Assembly (NCBI GenBank): GCA_028534125.1 | Contig: CM052817.1 | Coordinates: forward strand, 91,204,001 to 91,268,000 | Reading direction: 5' to 3' | Origin: Lama glama | Taxonomy: Eukaryota | DNA length: 64,000 nt | Part shown: one piece after another, positions 1 to 13,088 of the stretch | Numbering within the stretch: position 1 is the stretch's first letter | Layout: each line of letters begins with the position of its first letter | Translations under genes and position numbers: made by a program | The notes under the pieces: model-generated | What the model was told of the DNA's origin: nothing | What the model saw: only the letters and a program-made list of their open reading frames with translations | Databases searched by the model: none

Positions 1-1821
1 ATTATGGAGACTGGCTAGGCAAGTTGGAAATCCAAAGAGCAGGCCAGCAAGCTGGAAAGTCACTATAGTCCTTATGCAAACATCAGTTTCACTCTTAAAG
101 CCTTTCATTTCACTGAATTAGGCCCATTCAGATATCAAGAACAATATCCTTAAAATCAACTGATTGTGCACCTGAAAAGATGCTCAGCATCACTAACCAT
201 CAGGGAAATGCAAATCAAAACCACAACAAAGTATCATCTCACACCTATTGGAACGGCTATTATCAAAAGGACAAGAAACAACAAGTGTTGGCCAAGATTT
301 GGAGAACAGGGAACACTTGTGCACGGTTGGTGAGAATGTAAATTGGTGCAGCCATTATGGAAAATGGTATGAAGATTCCTCAAAAAGTTAAAAATTGCTA
401 TATGATCCAGTAATTCCACTCCTGGGTATGTATCCAAAGAAAACAAAAATACAAATTAGAAAAGATATCTGCACTCCTATGTTCATGGCAGCATTATTTT
501 CAATAGCCAAGATATGAAAGCAACCAAGTGTCTCATCAATAGATGAAAGGATAAAGAAGACGTCAGATATATAGATATATAGATATACAATGGAATATTA
601 CTCAGCCGTAAAAAAGAATGAAATCTTGCCATTTGTGACAACATGGATAGACCTAGAGAGTATTATGCCAAGGGAAATAAGTCAGAAAAAGACATATACT
701 GTATGATTTCACTTATATGTGTAGTCTAAAGAACATAACAAATGAACAAACATAACAAAACAGAAACAGACTTATAGGTACAGAGAACCAACAGATGGTC
801 ACAGAGGAGGGGGATGTAGGGGGAGGAAAGAAATAGATGAGAGACATTAAGAGGTATAAACTTCTAGTTGCAAAATAAATGAGTCACAGGTATGAAATGT
901 ACAGTGCGGGGAATACTGTCAATAACAAAATAACATCTTTGCATGGTGACATATTGTTACTAGACTTATCTTGGTGATCATCTTGAAATGTCTAGGAAAA
1001 AGTCACTACATTGTGTAACGGGAACTAATGTAGTGTTATAAGTCAATTACACTTCAAAAACAAACTTACAGAAAAAGAGATCAGATTTGTGATTACCAGA
1101 GGGGTGGGGATGGGGAATTGGATAAAGGCAGTCAAAAGGTACTATAAACTTCAGTTATAAGATAAATAAGTGTTAGGGATATAATGTACAACATGATAAA
1201 TATAATTAACACAGATGTATGTTATATATGAAAGAGAGTAAATCCAGAGTTCTCACGACCAAAAAAAATTTTTTCTCTTTAATCTTGTGTTTCTAAGAGA
1301 TGATGGATGTTCGCTAAACTTATTGTGATAATCATTCTATGATGTGTGTAAATCAAATTATTATCCTGTACACCATAAACTTTTTCTCTCTTCTTCCAGT
1401 TTTATTGAACTATAATTGACATACAACACTGCATAGGTTTAAGGTGTACAGCATAATGATTTGATTTACATACATCATGAAGAGATTATCGCAATAAGTT
1501 TAGTAAACATTCATCATCTCTTATAGGTACAAAATTAAAGAGAGACAAGAAAACTTTTTTCTCCTGATGCGAACTCTTAGAATTTACTGTCTTAACTTTC
1601 ATATATAACATACAGCAGTGTTAATTATACTTACCATGTTGTACACACTTTAAACTTGTACAGTGCTGTCTATCAATTGTATCTCAATAAAACTGGAAGA
1701 AAAAGAAATAAAGTCAACTGATTGTACATGTTAATCACATCTGCATAGCAACATCTAGAGTAGTGTTTGAATAACTAGTACTATAACCTAGCCAAGTTAA
1801 TACCTAAAACCAACCATCACA
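1..1821 (-). mobile_element. MLT2-type (ERVL) LTR split by an L1 insertion (LTR pieces ~1-170 and ~1710-1821)
   Basis: Right end reads TGTGATGGTT on the minus strand (MLT2 start). Duplication aaaatcaactgattgtgca (152-170) / aaagtcaactgattgtaca (1710-1728) brackets the L1. Confidence 0.75.
171..1709 (+). mobile_element. 5'-truncated L1 (ORF2 end + 3'UTR) with a nested antisense L1 3' end at ~1381-1645
   Basis: L1 motifs gaaatgcaaatcaaaaccaca, tatgatccagtaattccactcctggg, aataaa plus A tail. The inner piece is flanked by acaccataaactt / acactttaaactt. Confidence 0.9.
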
Positions 1822-1964
1822 CATTTGTTGACATCTACTACATGTTAGGGAGAGTACCAACAAGCAGACTGCGAAGATAGAAAACAACTGTCTTTAACCC
1901 TGTTTGGGTTCATGGAAGCACAGAAAAGAAGGTGAATTCTGCTGCAGGAGTGGACTCAGGGCTG

Positions 1965-2190
1965 GGAAAACCATGCAAATTTTAGTCAAGAGCTGGGTTC
2001 AAATTCTGGCTCTGGCACTCACTTCCTAAGTGCCTTCCTTATGCCTTTGTTTCTTCAGTGGTAAATGAGGATAATAATAGTACCTATCTCATACCTGCTG
2101 TGAAACTTAGAAGACAAAAACCACATGCAGTGCTTAGAACAGTGCCAGGCCTGTAACAAGCGCTTTTACTAGCTGTCATCATTATTATTA
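1965..2190 (+). mobile_element. MIR
   Basis: ctgggttcaaattctggctctggcact...gtaaatgaggataataatagtacctatctca core. Confidence 0.75.
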
Positions 2191-2471
2191 GTTGCTCTGA
2201 GACTTCAAGGGCGAGTAGACTAGTTCAGGGCAGGAAGGGCATTCCAGACGTATGAAACAGTCAGAGCAATGGCACAGAGGCGTGAACATACCTGTCACAT
2301 CTGGAGAAGTGTAATTAATGCAGTGTAGCCAGGGCATGGAGGGTGGGGAGGAAAGACTAGATGTGAAGGGTTGGTTAGAGTCAGCTGGCGTGAGAAGCAT
2401 TGATTATTATGTAAAAGAGTTTGCACTTTTTCCTGGCAATAAGAGGAGCCAGTAAAGTTTTTCTTACGCAA

Positions 2472-2472
<1 letters not shown>

Positions 2473-2514
<42 letters not shown>
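2473..2514 (+). repeat. (AAT)n microsatellite
   Basis: Read directly. Confidence 0.95.
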
Positions 2515-2520
<6 letters not shown>

Positions 2521-2799
2521 TAATCAAGTCTATGAATAGAATGCTCAGGTTTCATTTGCTTAAGAGCATAAATGAGGCCACATCTGAAAAACTACTCCAC
2601 GTCTTAACATTCTGAGCACTCACTGCTTGAGTAACAGGAAGTCCAGTCTTTTCCCAGGGTTCCTCTTTCTGTATATTTCCAAAAACCCTCCAGGGTGATT
2701 TACATGAGTTTTTCAATCAATTCTGGTAGCAACTTACTGTCACCATGACCGGTGATGCAAGAACCCACACATATCCCTTAAGGGAGGACTTTACCTCTA

Positions 2800-2935
2800 T
2801 TTTTTTTTTTAGTTGTTTTCGGGGGGGTGGTAGTCGGTTTATTTATTTATTTGTTTTTAGAGGGGGTACTGGGGATTGAACACAGGACCTCATACATGCT
2901 AAACATGTGCTTTACAATGAGTTGTACCCTCCCCC
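2800..2935 (-). mobile_element. tRNA-derived SINE (Vic-1-like)
   Basis: Reverse complement of GGGGAGGGTA..CTCA..GTA...GAGGTCCTG.GTTCAATCCCCAGTACC plus A-rich tail. Confidence 0.85.
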
Positions 2936-2966
2936 AAGACTGTACCACTATTAAGAGAAATCTGCA

Positions 2967-3055
2967 GGGGGAGGGTATAGCTCAGAGGAAGAGTGCGTGC
3001 TTAGCATGCATGAAGTCCTGGATTCAATCCCCAGTACCTCCATTTAAAAAAAAAG
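2967..3055 (+). mobile_element. tRNA-derived SINE (Vic-1-like)
   Basis: GGGGGAGGGTATAGCTCAG (A box)...GGATTCAATCCC (B box), then a poly(A) run. Confidence 0.9.
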
Positions 3056-3177
3056 GGGGAGTGGGGGAGATCTACTGTAACCACTACCACCTCAGCCCCG
3101 GATAGAATCAGGAGGTCCTTTTTGAAGACAGAGAAAGCTCACTGCAAGAGTGTCCAATGTCAAAAGCATCTGGATCC

Positions 3178-3260
3178 CTAAAGAAGTTGTGGTATATTTA
3201 TACAATGGAATATTATTCAGCCATAAAAAGTACAGTGCCATTTGCAGCAACATGGATTGA

Positions 3261-3314
<54 letters not shown>

Positions 3315-3540
3315 ACCACATCTTCTTTATCCAATCATTCGTCAATGGATATTTAGGTTGCTTCCACATCTTAGCTATTGTAAATAGTGCTACTACAAAC
3401 ATTGGGGTACATGTATCTCTTTGAATTAGACTTTCCTCCAGATGTATGCCCAGGAGTGGGATTGCTGGATCATAAGGTAAGTCTATTTTCAGTTTTTTAA
3501 GGAATCTCTGTTTTCCATAATGGCTGCACCAAACTACATT
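3178..3540. mobile_element. Two oppositely oriented L1 3'-region fragments (+ 3178-3260, - 3311-3540) around a (GT)n tract at 3263-3312
   Basis: ORF 3217..3582(-) carries L1 ORF2 C-terminal residues LPYDPAIPLLGI...CTPMF..ALFTIAK.WKQPK. Confidence 0.85.
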
Positions 3541-4519
3541 TGAAGGGGATACTTTTAATAATTCTGCTGTGACAACAGACATAACCCAGCTGCCCCAGGA
3601 AAACCAGCCGTGTGGTTGTGCTTGCTGGAACCTGAAACTCCAGCTGCAAGCGAGTCTGGGAATTATTTTTAGCTTTCCTGCCTCTGCAGTAAAGGAAGAA
3701 GACAGGCTAGGAAAAGGGTTGCAGTAGGTGTTTAGTAAATATTAGAGAGTTCAGGGATAAACATATTCCAAGAAGATTATCAAGTAAGTATTATAATAAT
3801 TATGATATAAGCAATAAAAAGAGCCTCTATGTAAACCAGAAATTGTTTTGAGCTGGCTTTGTTGCAGGGACTCTTCAGTTTCTGTACTATAGAGCACCCC
3901 CTGCAGGGAAAACTAAAAGCCTGGGGAAGATAACATTCTATCAGGGGTGATTCTCACCCATTCCTGCCACTCTGAGCTTCAGAATATCCGTGCTAAACCT
4001 AGTCCTGTCCAAGCAGCTCTATGTTACAAGGACCGAAGTTGGAATTTTATGAAGATGACAAATGGATTTGCACTACAATGAAAACTGTATACATAGTTAG
4101 TTATACAATGACCTGTAAGGGTTGTCATGGAAGTTTCTGGGCTCAATCTCCAATTCCTCTTCACTGAGGAGTTGGTTATTGCCACTGAACCCCAGTGGCT
4201 AAGAGATTCATTCCGCTTCATTCTGTAGCCTTCTTTTCAGTATTTTACCTTGTTCTTGTCCTCTGGGAGACATCTAGTTCTTGCTCCAAAGCCCTTTTCC
4301 ACTAACCACAGAGACTTTGAGGCCCTTGTTTTGTAAGGAGGTAATATTTTGCAAGTATCATACCTCTGTAGGCAATTTCCTTCTTTAAATTATATGCTCT
4401 AGCCTCCCCATCCCCGGAGACATCAGTGAGACTTAAGGCCGCAGAGCAAGAGAGAAGAGAGATTTGGTGGCAAGACTTTGAGCTCGAAAGACGAGTTTAG
4501 GCAGTCCTGCCCAAGCTAT

Positions 4520-4710
4520 CAGTGGGTCACCACTCGCATTTTACGTGTGGGACAGTGATTTATTTTGGGGACCGTCACGGGCAGACCCCCACCTCGCTGA
4601 ATGCCGGTAGCACGCTACAGTTATGTTTGCAATTAAAAAAAGAAAAACTGCTCCCAATCTTTTCCAAATACCTCTTAGGGAGATGGGAACTCCCTGCCCT
4701 GAGAATTACA
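4520..4710. mobile_element. Degenerate hAT-Charlie (MER20-like) DNA element
   Basis: cagtgggtc... start and ttccaaatacctcttaggg...ctgagaattac end resemble MER20-type termini. Confidence 0.4.
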
Positions 4711-5619
4711 AAGACAAAGAGATTTCTTCAATGTCTTTAGCTAACACAAAGCCAAGTTGACACAGAGAGAGTCAGCGTTTCGTCCGTAGCAGAGCAGCTC
4801 CTTCGCTGAGATCTACTAAAAGTCAGCCCTCAACACAAAGGTTTGCTTTATATATAATTTAAAAAAAAAAAAAAAGCTAAGTTGACTCAACACATCACAG
4901 GATTCCTTGCAATGTGTATGGAATGAGACCCCAGGGGTTTGAGAGGGCCAGGCCTAGGGTGATCGCCTCATCCCAGTTTTCCCAGGACTGATCTGATTTA
5001 AATCCTTCAGGCTCAGGCAAACCAGGGGCGTTGATCACCCTGACTCGGCCATAGGGCTCACTGTCAAACTGGACAGGAGGAGACAAGAGAAATGCTAGCT
5101 TTTTCCGGTCTGGGGGAACTGTCAGGAGAAAAAGGGGACATAGAATCGGACAGAAGGAAGTACACCCAGGGTCACTGCTTTCCCTCTTTCCACAACCACA
5201 CCCCAGGCCCCTCCCTGGAGCCCCGAAGGCCTTAGCAACACCCAAATTGGTGTGAGGCACTCAAGGGCAGGGCTTCTCCCCTGCTTCCTCAGTAGGAAGC
5301 CTTTTCCAGTTGGTTACCCAGCCCAGCCCAGCCCCGGGGCAGCCATATCTGGTGCGTCACCTTATCTGTAAAAAGAGGGAGGAGGAGATTTCCTCACTGG
5401 CCCGCATTTACTCTCATAAAATAACTCCTTTAAGTTCTGTCCCTTGCAGTTTTCAGAACTTTTCTTCAAACTCTGGGGAACTGACAATTAAAAATTTTTT
5501 CAAATGTGGAGTCATAGCCATCAGGATAGTAGGAGCCATCAACAGGGACAGTGATTCTGTGACAAGCAGACCTGCCTCATTCCTCTCCTCTGCAGCCGGC
5601 TGCAAGGTGTTAGGAAACC

Positions 5620-6459
5620 CGCTGTACTGGTTGGCGAGGGCGCCAGGAAAGCACCACAGGCAGGAGGCCAGAAGTCCAGCAGCAAGGAGTCGACAGGGAT
5701 GGTTTCTTCTGAGGGCCTCTCTCCTAGCCTGTAGATGGCCGTCTTCTGCCAGTGTCCCCACATGGTCTTCCCTCCATACAGGCCTCGATCTAATTGTCTT
5801 CTTTTTATAAGGACATCAGTCATATTGGATTAGAGCTCACCCCCAACGACCTCATCTCTATGAGCTCCTAAGTCACCTACTTCCCAGGTGGGTGAAATGT
5901 GTGAAGGCATCAAAAGGTACAAACTTCCAGTTATAAAACAAATAAGTCATGGGGATGGAAAGTACAGCATGGTGACTAGAGTTAACAATGCATACTGTAT
6001 TGCATATTCGAAAATTGCTAAGGTGGGGTGGGTATAGCTCAGGGGTAGAGCATGTGCTTAGCACGCACAAGGTCCTGGATTCAATTCCCAGTACCTCCGT
6101 TAGAAAAAGAAAAGGAAAAAGAAAAGTTGCTAAGAAAGTAAATCTTAAAAGTTCTGATTACAAAAAAAAAAAATTCTAACTATGTGTGGTGCCAGATGTT
6201 AATTAGACTTACTGTGGTAACATATCACAATAGATACATATATCGAATCATTATGTTGTATACCTGAAACTAATATAACACTGTAGGTCAATTATACCTC
6301 AATTTTAAAAGAAAGAAAAATATTGCTAAGCCAAAACCTAAAAAAAAAAAAAAAATTAAATAAAAATTCACCGAACTCCTAAATAAGGTCACACTTTGAG
6401 GTTCTGAGGGTCATAACTCAACATATAAATTTATCAGGAACATAATTCAGGCCATAACA
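5620..6459 (-). mobile_element. MLT1 (MaLR) LTR interrupted by an L1 3' end (~5890-6360, +), itself interrupted by a SINE
   Basis: MLT1 motifs cttttttataaggacatcagtcatattggattag and aaataaggtcacact...aattcaggccataaca; L1 3'UTR aggtacaaacttccagttataa. Confidence 0.8.
6023..6120 (+). mobile_element. tRNA-derived SINE (Vic-1-like) with TSD
   Basis: TSD gaaaattgctaag (6010-6022) / gaaaagttgctaag (6121-6134). Confidence 0.9.
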
Positions 6460-7144
6460 CTCATCTCCCTGGACTTGGCATTCTTTCCTCCACCCTCAGG
6501 TCTTTGGGTCCATCTTCCCTGAAGATCACAGAGCCCGGAAGAGAGCCCTTAAGATAGCACCATTCATAACTCATTGTTTTGATTATTATCTCCAGCTGCT
6601 GCTCTTAGCTGTTGGGGATGTCAGTGTGTTCAAGACAAGCTCTCTTTAAGGAAAACCTAGAACAGCAGTTCTCAAACGTTTTGGAAAAGGTAAGTAACAT
6701 GTTAGTATTATTATAAAAATAATTTTGACCTCATGAACTCTCTGAAATGGTCTCCGGGAATCCCAAATGATCCTGGACATCCTTAAAAACAATTGCTAAA
6801 ACCCATGTGGGGATGCGTTCACCTTCTAGTTGTTCTTGATTGCTACTCCCCCCTGGCCAGTCCTGGCCTTCTCCATGAGGTTAAAGGGACACCTTGCCCA
6901 AACCCAACCCACCACAGAAACATAGAGCAAGGACCACTTTCTAAGAGCTATGTTTGCAGGTTGGCCGAAAGGCCCTGGGTCTCAGGAGACAGCACAAGGC
7001 AGGACTAGACATGCATAGACATTAAACCAAGGCCAGGATGCCTCCTGGCTCTGTCCTCCACAATGAGATCACTTCATCCTGGTATTCCCACAGGTGAATC
7101 AACAACTCCCCACATTAGGTAAATGATAGTAAACAAGGCTGCAT

Positions 7145-7600
7145 ATATTAGGATTAAGTTTAGCTGAATACAAGAACAAAAATTTTTTTAAAACAACAAA
7201 AAATTTTTTTCACATTAGTTTAAACAAGTTAGAAATGTATTGCTCTTCAATAGAAAAGAAATCTGGGGGTAGCCAGCCCAAGACCAGTATGGTAGCTCCA
7301 CAAAACTATCAGGATCCAACATACTTTCCAGCTCACAGTCAGCCTTCTTTAAATTGAGGTGCTCAACCTCGAGGTCCAATATGGCTGCTGAGCTCCAGCC
7401 ATAGCAATCACATCCCACCCCCAGGAGAAATGGAAAAACAATACTTCCCAGGAGTTGTGCATACTTCTGTTTACATCTCACTCCCCAAAACTAAGTCACA
7501 TATTTATTAAGGAAATTAGAAATGTCTTCTTTTAGTTGGATGACAATATGTCTAACCAATGAAGAAGGGGAGAGTGTGTATTGGGAGGCACTAAGCAGTA
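7145..7600 (-). mobile_element. Old MaLR (MLT1-type) LTR
   Basis: atatggctgctgagctccagccat...ctaagtcacat motifs typical of old MLT1 elements. Confidence 0.55.
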
Positions 7601-9509
7601 TTGATCACAAATTGTCAATTAGTTGCTCTTCCTTTGCCAAGAGCAACAAAGCCAAATTGACAAGCAGACACCTGGTAGCTACTATGTGACTCACCAGCCA
7701 GTTCACTCACTCCTACCCACCAGCTTGTCAGCAAAATTGTGTTTCTACATGTCATGGATTGCTAAAAATATTCACAATGCTGAATGCTAACCTCCTGAAA
7801 GCAGTCTACTATTTAGCATATTCTCTAGATCTCCAAATTGTATATTTTTAGATAAAAATTATTATCTACATTAAACATGGAAGGAAAATACACTTAAACA
7901 TTAACCTAAAAGTCTAGAGATTATTTCTGAGGAGTAAAATTCCAGGACACTTTTCTTTGGGTTTTTTTTTTTCATCCTTTTCTGTAGATAAAACTTTCTT
8001 CTAATGTATATACATTGCTTCTATAATTAGATAAAACAGTAATTTCTTTTCAAGAGCTCCAGCTTCTAGCCTGGTCATTCATTAGTTGAGGAATTTATTC
8101 ATCTACAACCCAGCGTACCTGAGACCAGAAGATAACTTAGGAAATCTGATTTTTGAAGTAGTGCTTTGCCCCAATCTACTCCACTTTATTTCACGCTATG
8201 TTCCTTGAGTTAAATTTAAAAGTTACATCATGACCTTTCTTACTACTTCCAAGTAACTATTTCTCATTATTTATGTCTTGTGGTTTAAACAGAATCTAAA
8301 AATAAGTGTAACCCACGAACAAAATTTCTGAAGAACAGCCATTAAGATCTCCGCTATTACAATTAAACATGAGTCAGAGGAAGGGGGGGGGTTCTACAGT
8401 TCAGACTATGTAAGGAAAAATGAATGCTTTTTTCCCCCAGAAACACCCCTGGAGGAATTCCTCTTCTGCATTTTTGACTGTCATTTTCCAGGGAACTCTT
8501 TGCTACTAAAAATGAATCCGGCAGATTTAGAAGCAGCTGATTCCCAAGGTGTTGATCTGTGCTGAGCATCACCGTGCTGCCTTGGGGCTCTGGAGAGGAG
8601 GGTGGTCAGCGCTGGGTGAGGCAGCTGCAGCCCCCAAAGGTGCACAGGACAAGCCCCTGTGAATTACTCCACACCCACTCCCCACTGCTTTTTCTCCAAA
8701 AAAGTCTTTAACCAAAAAACTGAAAGACAGTCCTTGGCTTTTACTTGGTTTGTTGTATCTACCCTAGAGCCAAAAGACTGACAATCAACCAATTTAAACA
8801 CACCAACCTTGCTAGGGAAAAAAACACCCAAAGGCACATGTATAAAAGCATTAACTTCACACACAAAGGATACCCCAGCTATATTTACAGGAGTCTTATA
8901 CAGTGCATTGGGATACAGAGGTAAAATGGGTCACACTGGACAGAGACTCAATCACTTGTCTCAGGAAAATAAAGAGGGAGCTGATTACCATATTGACTTG
9001 AATCTAATCCATATCTAGCCATTAGTGAGCGCACGAAAGGTGGTGGATCCTACAACCCATGTTGTACAACATACAGTAAAACTTTCCCTTAAAAAAAAAG
9101 AAGTAACAAAAAAAATTTTTTTTAATTTTAAACAAACAAATAAATAAATAAATAAATAAAATAGAGATAGCAACAACAACAACAACAAAAAAACTTTCCC
9201 TGGCACAGTCTCAGCTGTCATGTGTGCAAGGCACAAAGGAGTGTCAGAAAACATAGAGAACTTTTCTGATCAGCAGAAGCAGATTCTCATGGAAGCTAAG
9301 GAAGCTTAAGCTACAGGAACCCTCACACAACCCCTCCCCGTTCTCATTCTAAATAAATACTGGCTTTTTCACCTGATTTTCTATTCATAATTTTTTTCTG
9401 TAATAGGGGTCCCTCAGTTCTGTCAGCTTCGGGCTTCACAAAATCTAGATTCTCCCCTAGAGCATGTAAAACAATGGATCGTATGCTCTTATGTTTTTTA
9501 TCTTTTTAA

Positions 9510-9975
9510 AATTTGTGGTAAAAAAAATATATATATATGTATATATATACACATATACATAAAAGATACCATTTTAACCAACTTTAAGTGTACAGTTCAA
9601 TGACATTAAGTACATTCACATTGTCCTACAACCATCTCCACTATCCATCTCTAGAACTTTTTCATCTGACAAAACTGAAAGTCTGTCACCTGTTAGCCAA
9701 CACTAACTCCCATTTTCCTCTGTCCTTGGCCCCTGATAATCACCTTTCTGCTTTCTGTCTTTATGAACTTAACTACTCTAGCTTCGTCATCTGAGTGGAA
9801 TCATACACTTTGCCTTTTTTGTGAAAGCCTTATTTCACTTAGTATAGTGTCCTCAAGGTTCATCCATGTTGTAGCACATGACAGGAGTTCTTTCCTTTTT
9901 AAGGCTGAGTAATATCTCACTGCATGCATACACCACATTTTGTTTATCCATTCATCTGTCAGTGGACACTTGTAC
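9510..9975 (-). mobile_element. L1 3' end (older L1M)
   Basis: ttaagtgtacagttcaatgacattaagtacattcaca...ttcatccatgttgtagca. Confidence 0.85.
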
Positions 9976-9997
9976 ATTTTTTATTTTAAGATAAATG

Positions 9998-10279
9998 CAT
10001 AGAAAACGAATTTATGGTTACCAGGGAGGAAGGGGTGGGAAGGGATAAACTGGGAGTTCGAGATTTGCAGATACTAACTGCTATATATATAATAGATAAA
10101 CAATAAGTTTCTTTTGTATAGCACAGGGAACTGTATTCAATATCTTATAACCTACAATGAAAAAGAATATGAAAATGAATATGTGTATGTATGTATATGT
10201 GTGACTGAAACATTATGCTGTACACCAGAAATTGACACAACATTGTAAGCTTGACTGTACTTCAATTAAAAAAAAAAAA
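9998..10279 (+). mobile_element. Younger lineage L1 3' end
   Basis: gagatttgcagatactaact...tacaccagaaattgacacaacattgtaa plus poly(A); same 3'UTR as 40760-41043. Confidence 0.88.
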
Positions 10280-10699
10280 GTGCATGTAACCATTTAGAAA
10301 GCCATGCTCTTGCTTTAGAATTAGTTCTGTAGAATGTGCAGTGGTGGTCCCTTGTCAGCCACATTTATCTGAGGATTCAGTAACTTTCTCTGTCCAAGTT
10401 CAATGAGGAATCATACAGGAACAGTCACCTTTCCATTGCCAGCATGTGAGTAACCCACTAACAAGTAACACAGCCTGCATCTCCTCCCCTGGGCACCCAC
10501 ACTTCTTCCTGTGTCTCTTATCTATTCTGATACTCTTTAATCAACTAATACATATATATTGAAAGATATTATTTCATTTTATTTTCAACTATTATTTAGC
10601 ACCTTCAGTTTTCTGGGGGTAATACTCCACTTCGGAAAGCAAAAAGGAGAAAAAAATAAAAGAATAAAAGTAAGCCTGAAGAAGTTCACATCTCAGAGG

Positions 10700-11200
10700 A
10701 GGGAGCAAACTGACAAATTCTAATACAGTGTAATAATAATAAGTTCAGTAATAGAGGTACATACAAGGTGCTGAGAGAGTACTTTAAGGGAAGGATTAAT
10801 TCAGATGAATGAGTCAAGCAAGATTAGTCAGGGAAGTAACATTTAAACCGGGTATTGCCAAGGATATCTGCTTGGTGATGAAAGTTGCAAAGGGTATTCC
10901 ATGCAGAGAAAACAGAGTGAACGGAAGGCTTGAAGCTGTTTGTTATATTCAGGAAAAAGTAAATACTCTTGGTGTCTATAGGGCAGAATGCATTAGTAAA
11001 AGCAGCAAGAGATGAGATTCAAAGGAGACTGGAGCCAGAGTATGAAGGCCTTATGAAGCTAGGGCTTTTTCTGGTGGGCAGTCGGAGCCACTGAAGGCCT
11101 TAAGCTGGGAGAGGTGGCAGGGGTGGGGACAGGGATCATTGTGATGGAGTCTGTGTTTTGTAGAGACCGTCCTCTCACCAGTCTATCCATGTGCAGAAAC
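10700..11200 (+). mobile_element. L2 fragment (degenerate)
   Basis: agggtattccatgcagagaaaacag...ggagccactgaaggccttaagc motifs. Confidence 0.5.
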
Positions 11201-11544
11201 TGGAAGGATGGTCCAAGGGCAGGAGAAAAGGACAAAAAGATCCTCAAATTTGAGTGAATGTTTAACCAAGAGACAGTGTTTTTCCTCCATCAGCAGAAAG
11301 GAAGGCTGACAAGCAGGTTGGATTCAATCATTAAAAAATTACACTTCTGCTCATCTGAGTTTTAAAAGTGCTGCACTTGTGAATGTGTACGTATGCAAGG
11401 TTACACAAAAAAAGGTAGCGGGAAAATTAATATTTTCTTCTCTATGCCTTCCTCTATCTCCCAAATGTTTTTGGTTTTTTTTAAGTAGACATCATCTATT
11501 ATTATCCTTTTCAAATTTTTATCTCTTAAACGTTTTCCCCCCTT

Positions 11545-11612
11545 AATGAAGGCACTGGGGATTGAACCTCATGCATGCCAAGCTCTCGCTCTACTCCGAG
11601 CTATATTCAGCA
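11545..11612 (-). mobile_element. Degenerate tRNA-SINE
   Basis: actggggattgaacctc...ctctactccgagctata. Confidence 0.7.
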
Positions 11613-12391
11613 CCTGCTCCCAAATGTTTCATACTCAAATGCATTTCTTTCAGCAATAGGAAGACAAGATTTTTTAAAGGCCACTTTGTTTCTTGTCATC
11701 CCTAGCTCTTTAATGTATTGGAAGTTATCATCTGATTGTGTGGTGAGTTGGAGAGTGGAACAATAGTGTCAGCGATTCTTGAAAACTCAATTCCACTCAC
11801 CCCTCACCCCCAAAACAGATGCATGTGAGTACTGGGGGAGGGGAGGGGAATATACACACAAGAAAATGTGTGACACTTTCATATTCGCAAAGATGGTGAA
11901 CACACTGTGAAAAGTAAGTGAGGCAGACAAGGTGGAGATGGGAGTCCAAGAAAGGAGACTTGTGGTGATTTGGGTGCTCAGTGAAGATGGTGAAGTCTGT
12001 ACTATCTTTGAAGGAGGGAAAAAAATGAAGGCTAGCAAGATGATATTCCAAGCTGGCAGAACTGTGTGAGCAAACAGGAATTGGGAACAGTGTTTGGCAG
12101 AAGGCGAGCAGACCAGGCAACTTGGAACAAAGGATTCATGGGAGATGCGAGGTTAGAGAGACCAGGAGCCCTTTAGGTAGCGGGGAATCAATGAGAGTTC
12201 TGAGTAATAGTTCTGATGCAAGAAACACAGGACTTAAGGAAGATCCGTTTGGTGGCGACATTGCCAGGAAGGAAGTGCCATTCACGTGCGGCTTCCCGAT
12301 TGCCTAAATATCTGTTGCCAATACTGTATTTTTTAACAATATATTTTTAATATTTCTAAGTCTTTTAATTTATAGTTTTATTTAAGCAACT

Positions 12392-12499
12392 ATTTTATTT
12401 TATTTTTTGTTCTTTTGTGGGGGGGGTTGGTAATTAGATTGAACCCAGGATCTTGTGCATGCTAAGCACAAGCTCTACCACTGAACTATACCCAGCCCC
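12392..12499 (-). mobile_element. tRNA-derived SINE (Vic-1-like)
   Basis: attgaacccaggatcttgtgcatgctaagcacaagctctaccactgaactataccc. Confidence 0.85.
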
Positions 12500-12569
12500 T
12501 GTCAAGGCTGTATTTTTACTGAATCCTTCAAAATATGCTGTTTCTTTTGTTAAAAAATTTAAAAAAAAA

Positions 12570-13088
12570 CCTTTTCTGAGATATAATCCACAAACCATTA
12601 CCCATTTGAAGTATAGAATTAAATGTTTTTGAATATAGTCACATGGTTGTAGAAACATGACCATAATTTAATTTGAGAAAATTTTCATTAAAAAAACCCT
12701 TCATACCCAGGAGCAGCATTCCCCATCCGCCCCTAAGCCTCTGGCCCTAAGCAGGCACTGATCTACTTCCTCTCTCTCTCTCTCTCTCTCTGGATTTGCC
12801 TGCTCTGGACATTTCATATAAATGGAATCATACAATACATGACCTTTATTCCTGGCTTCTTTCACTTAGTCTGTACAAGGTTCATCCACATTGTAGCAGG
12901 TATCAGGACTTCATTTCTTTTTATTGCTGAATAATATTCATTGCATGGATCACTACATTTTGCTTATCCAGTCATCAGTTGACAGATGCTTGGGTCATTT
13001 CCACTTTGGGGCTATTATAATTAATGCTGCTATGAACACCTATGTACAAGTTTTTGTGTGGTTATAGGTTTCCATCTCTCATGGGTAC
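12570..13088 (-). mobile_element. L1 3' end (old L1M) containing a (CT)n tract
   Basis: ggacatttcatataaatggaatcataca...tttgtgtggttataggttt. Confidence 0.85.

Noticed and set aside
2967..3040. tRNA genes suggested by A/B boxes, here and at similar sites
   Set aside because: Multi-copy, diverged, with A-rich tails and TSDs, so they are tRNA-derived SINEs.
2295..3424. Poly-N, poly-I, poly-HT and poly-CV peptides in the ORF track
   Set aside because: Translations of (AAT)n and (GT)n microsatellites.
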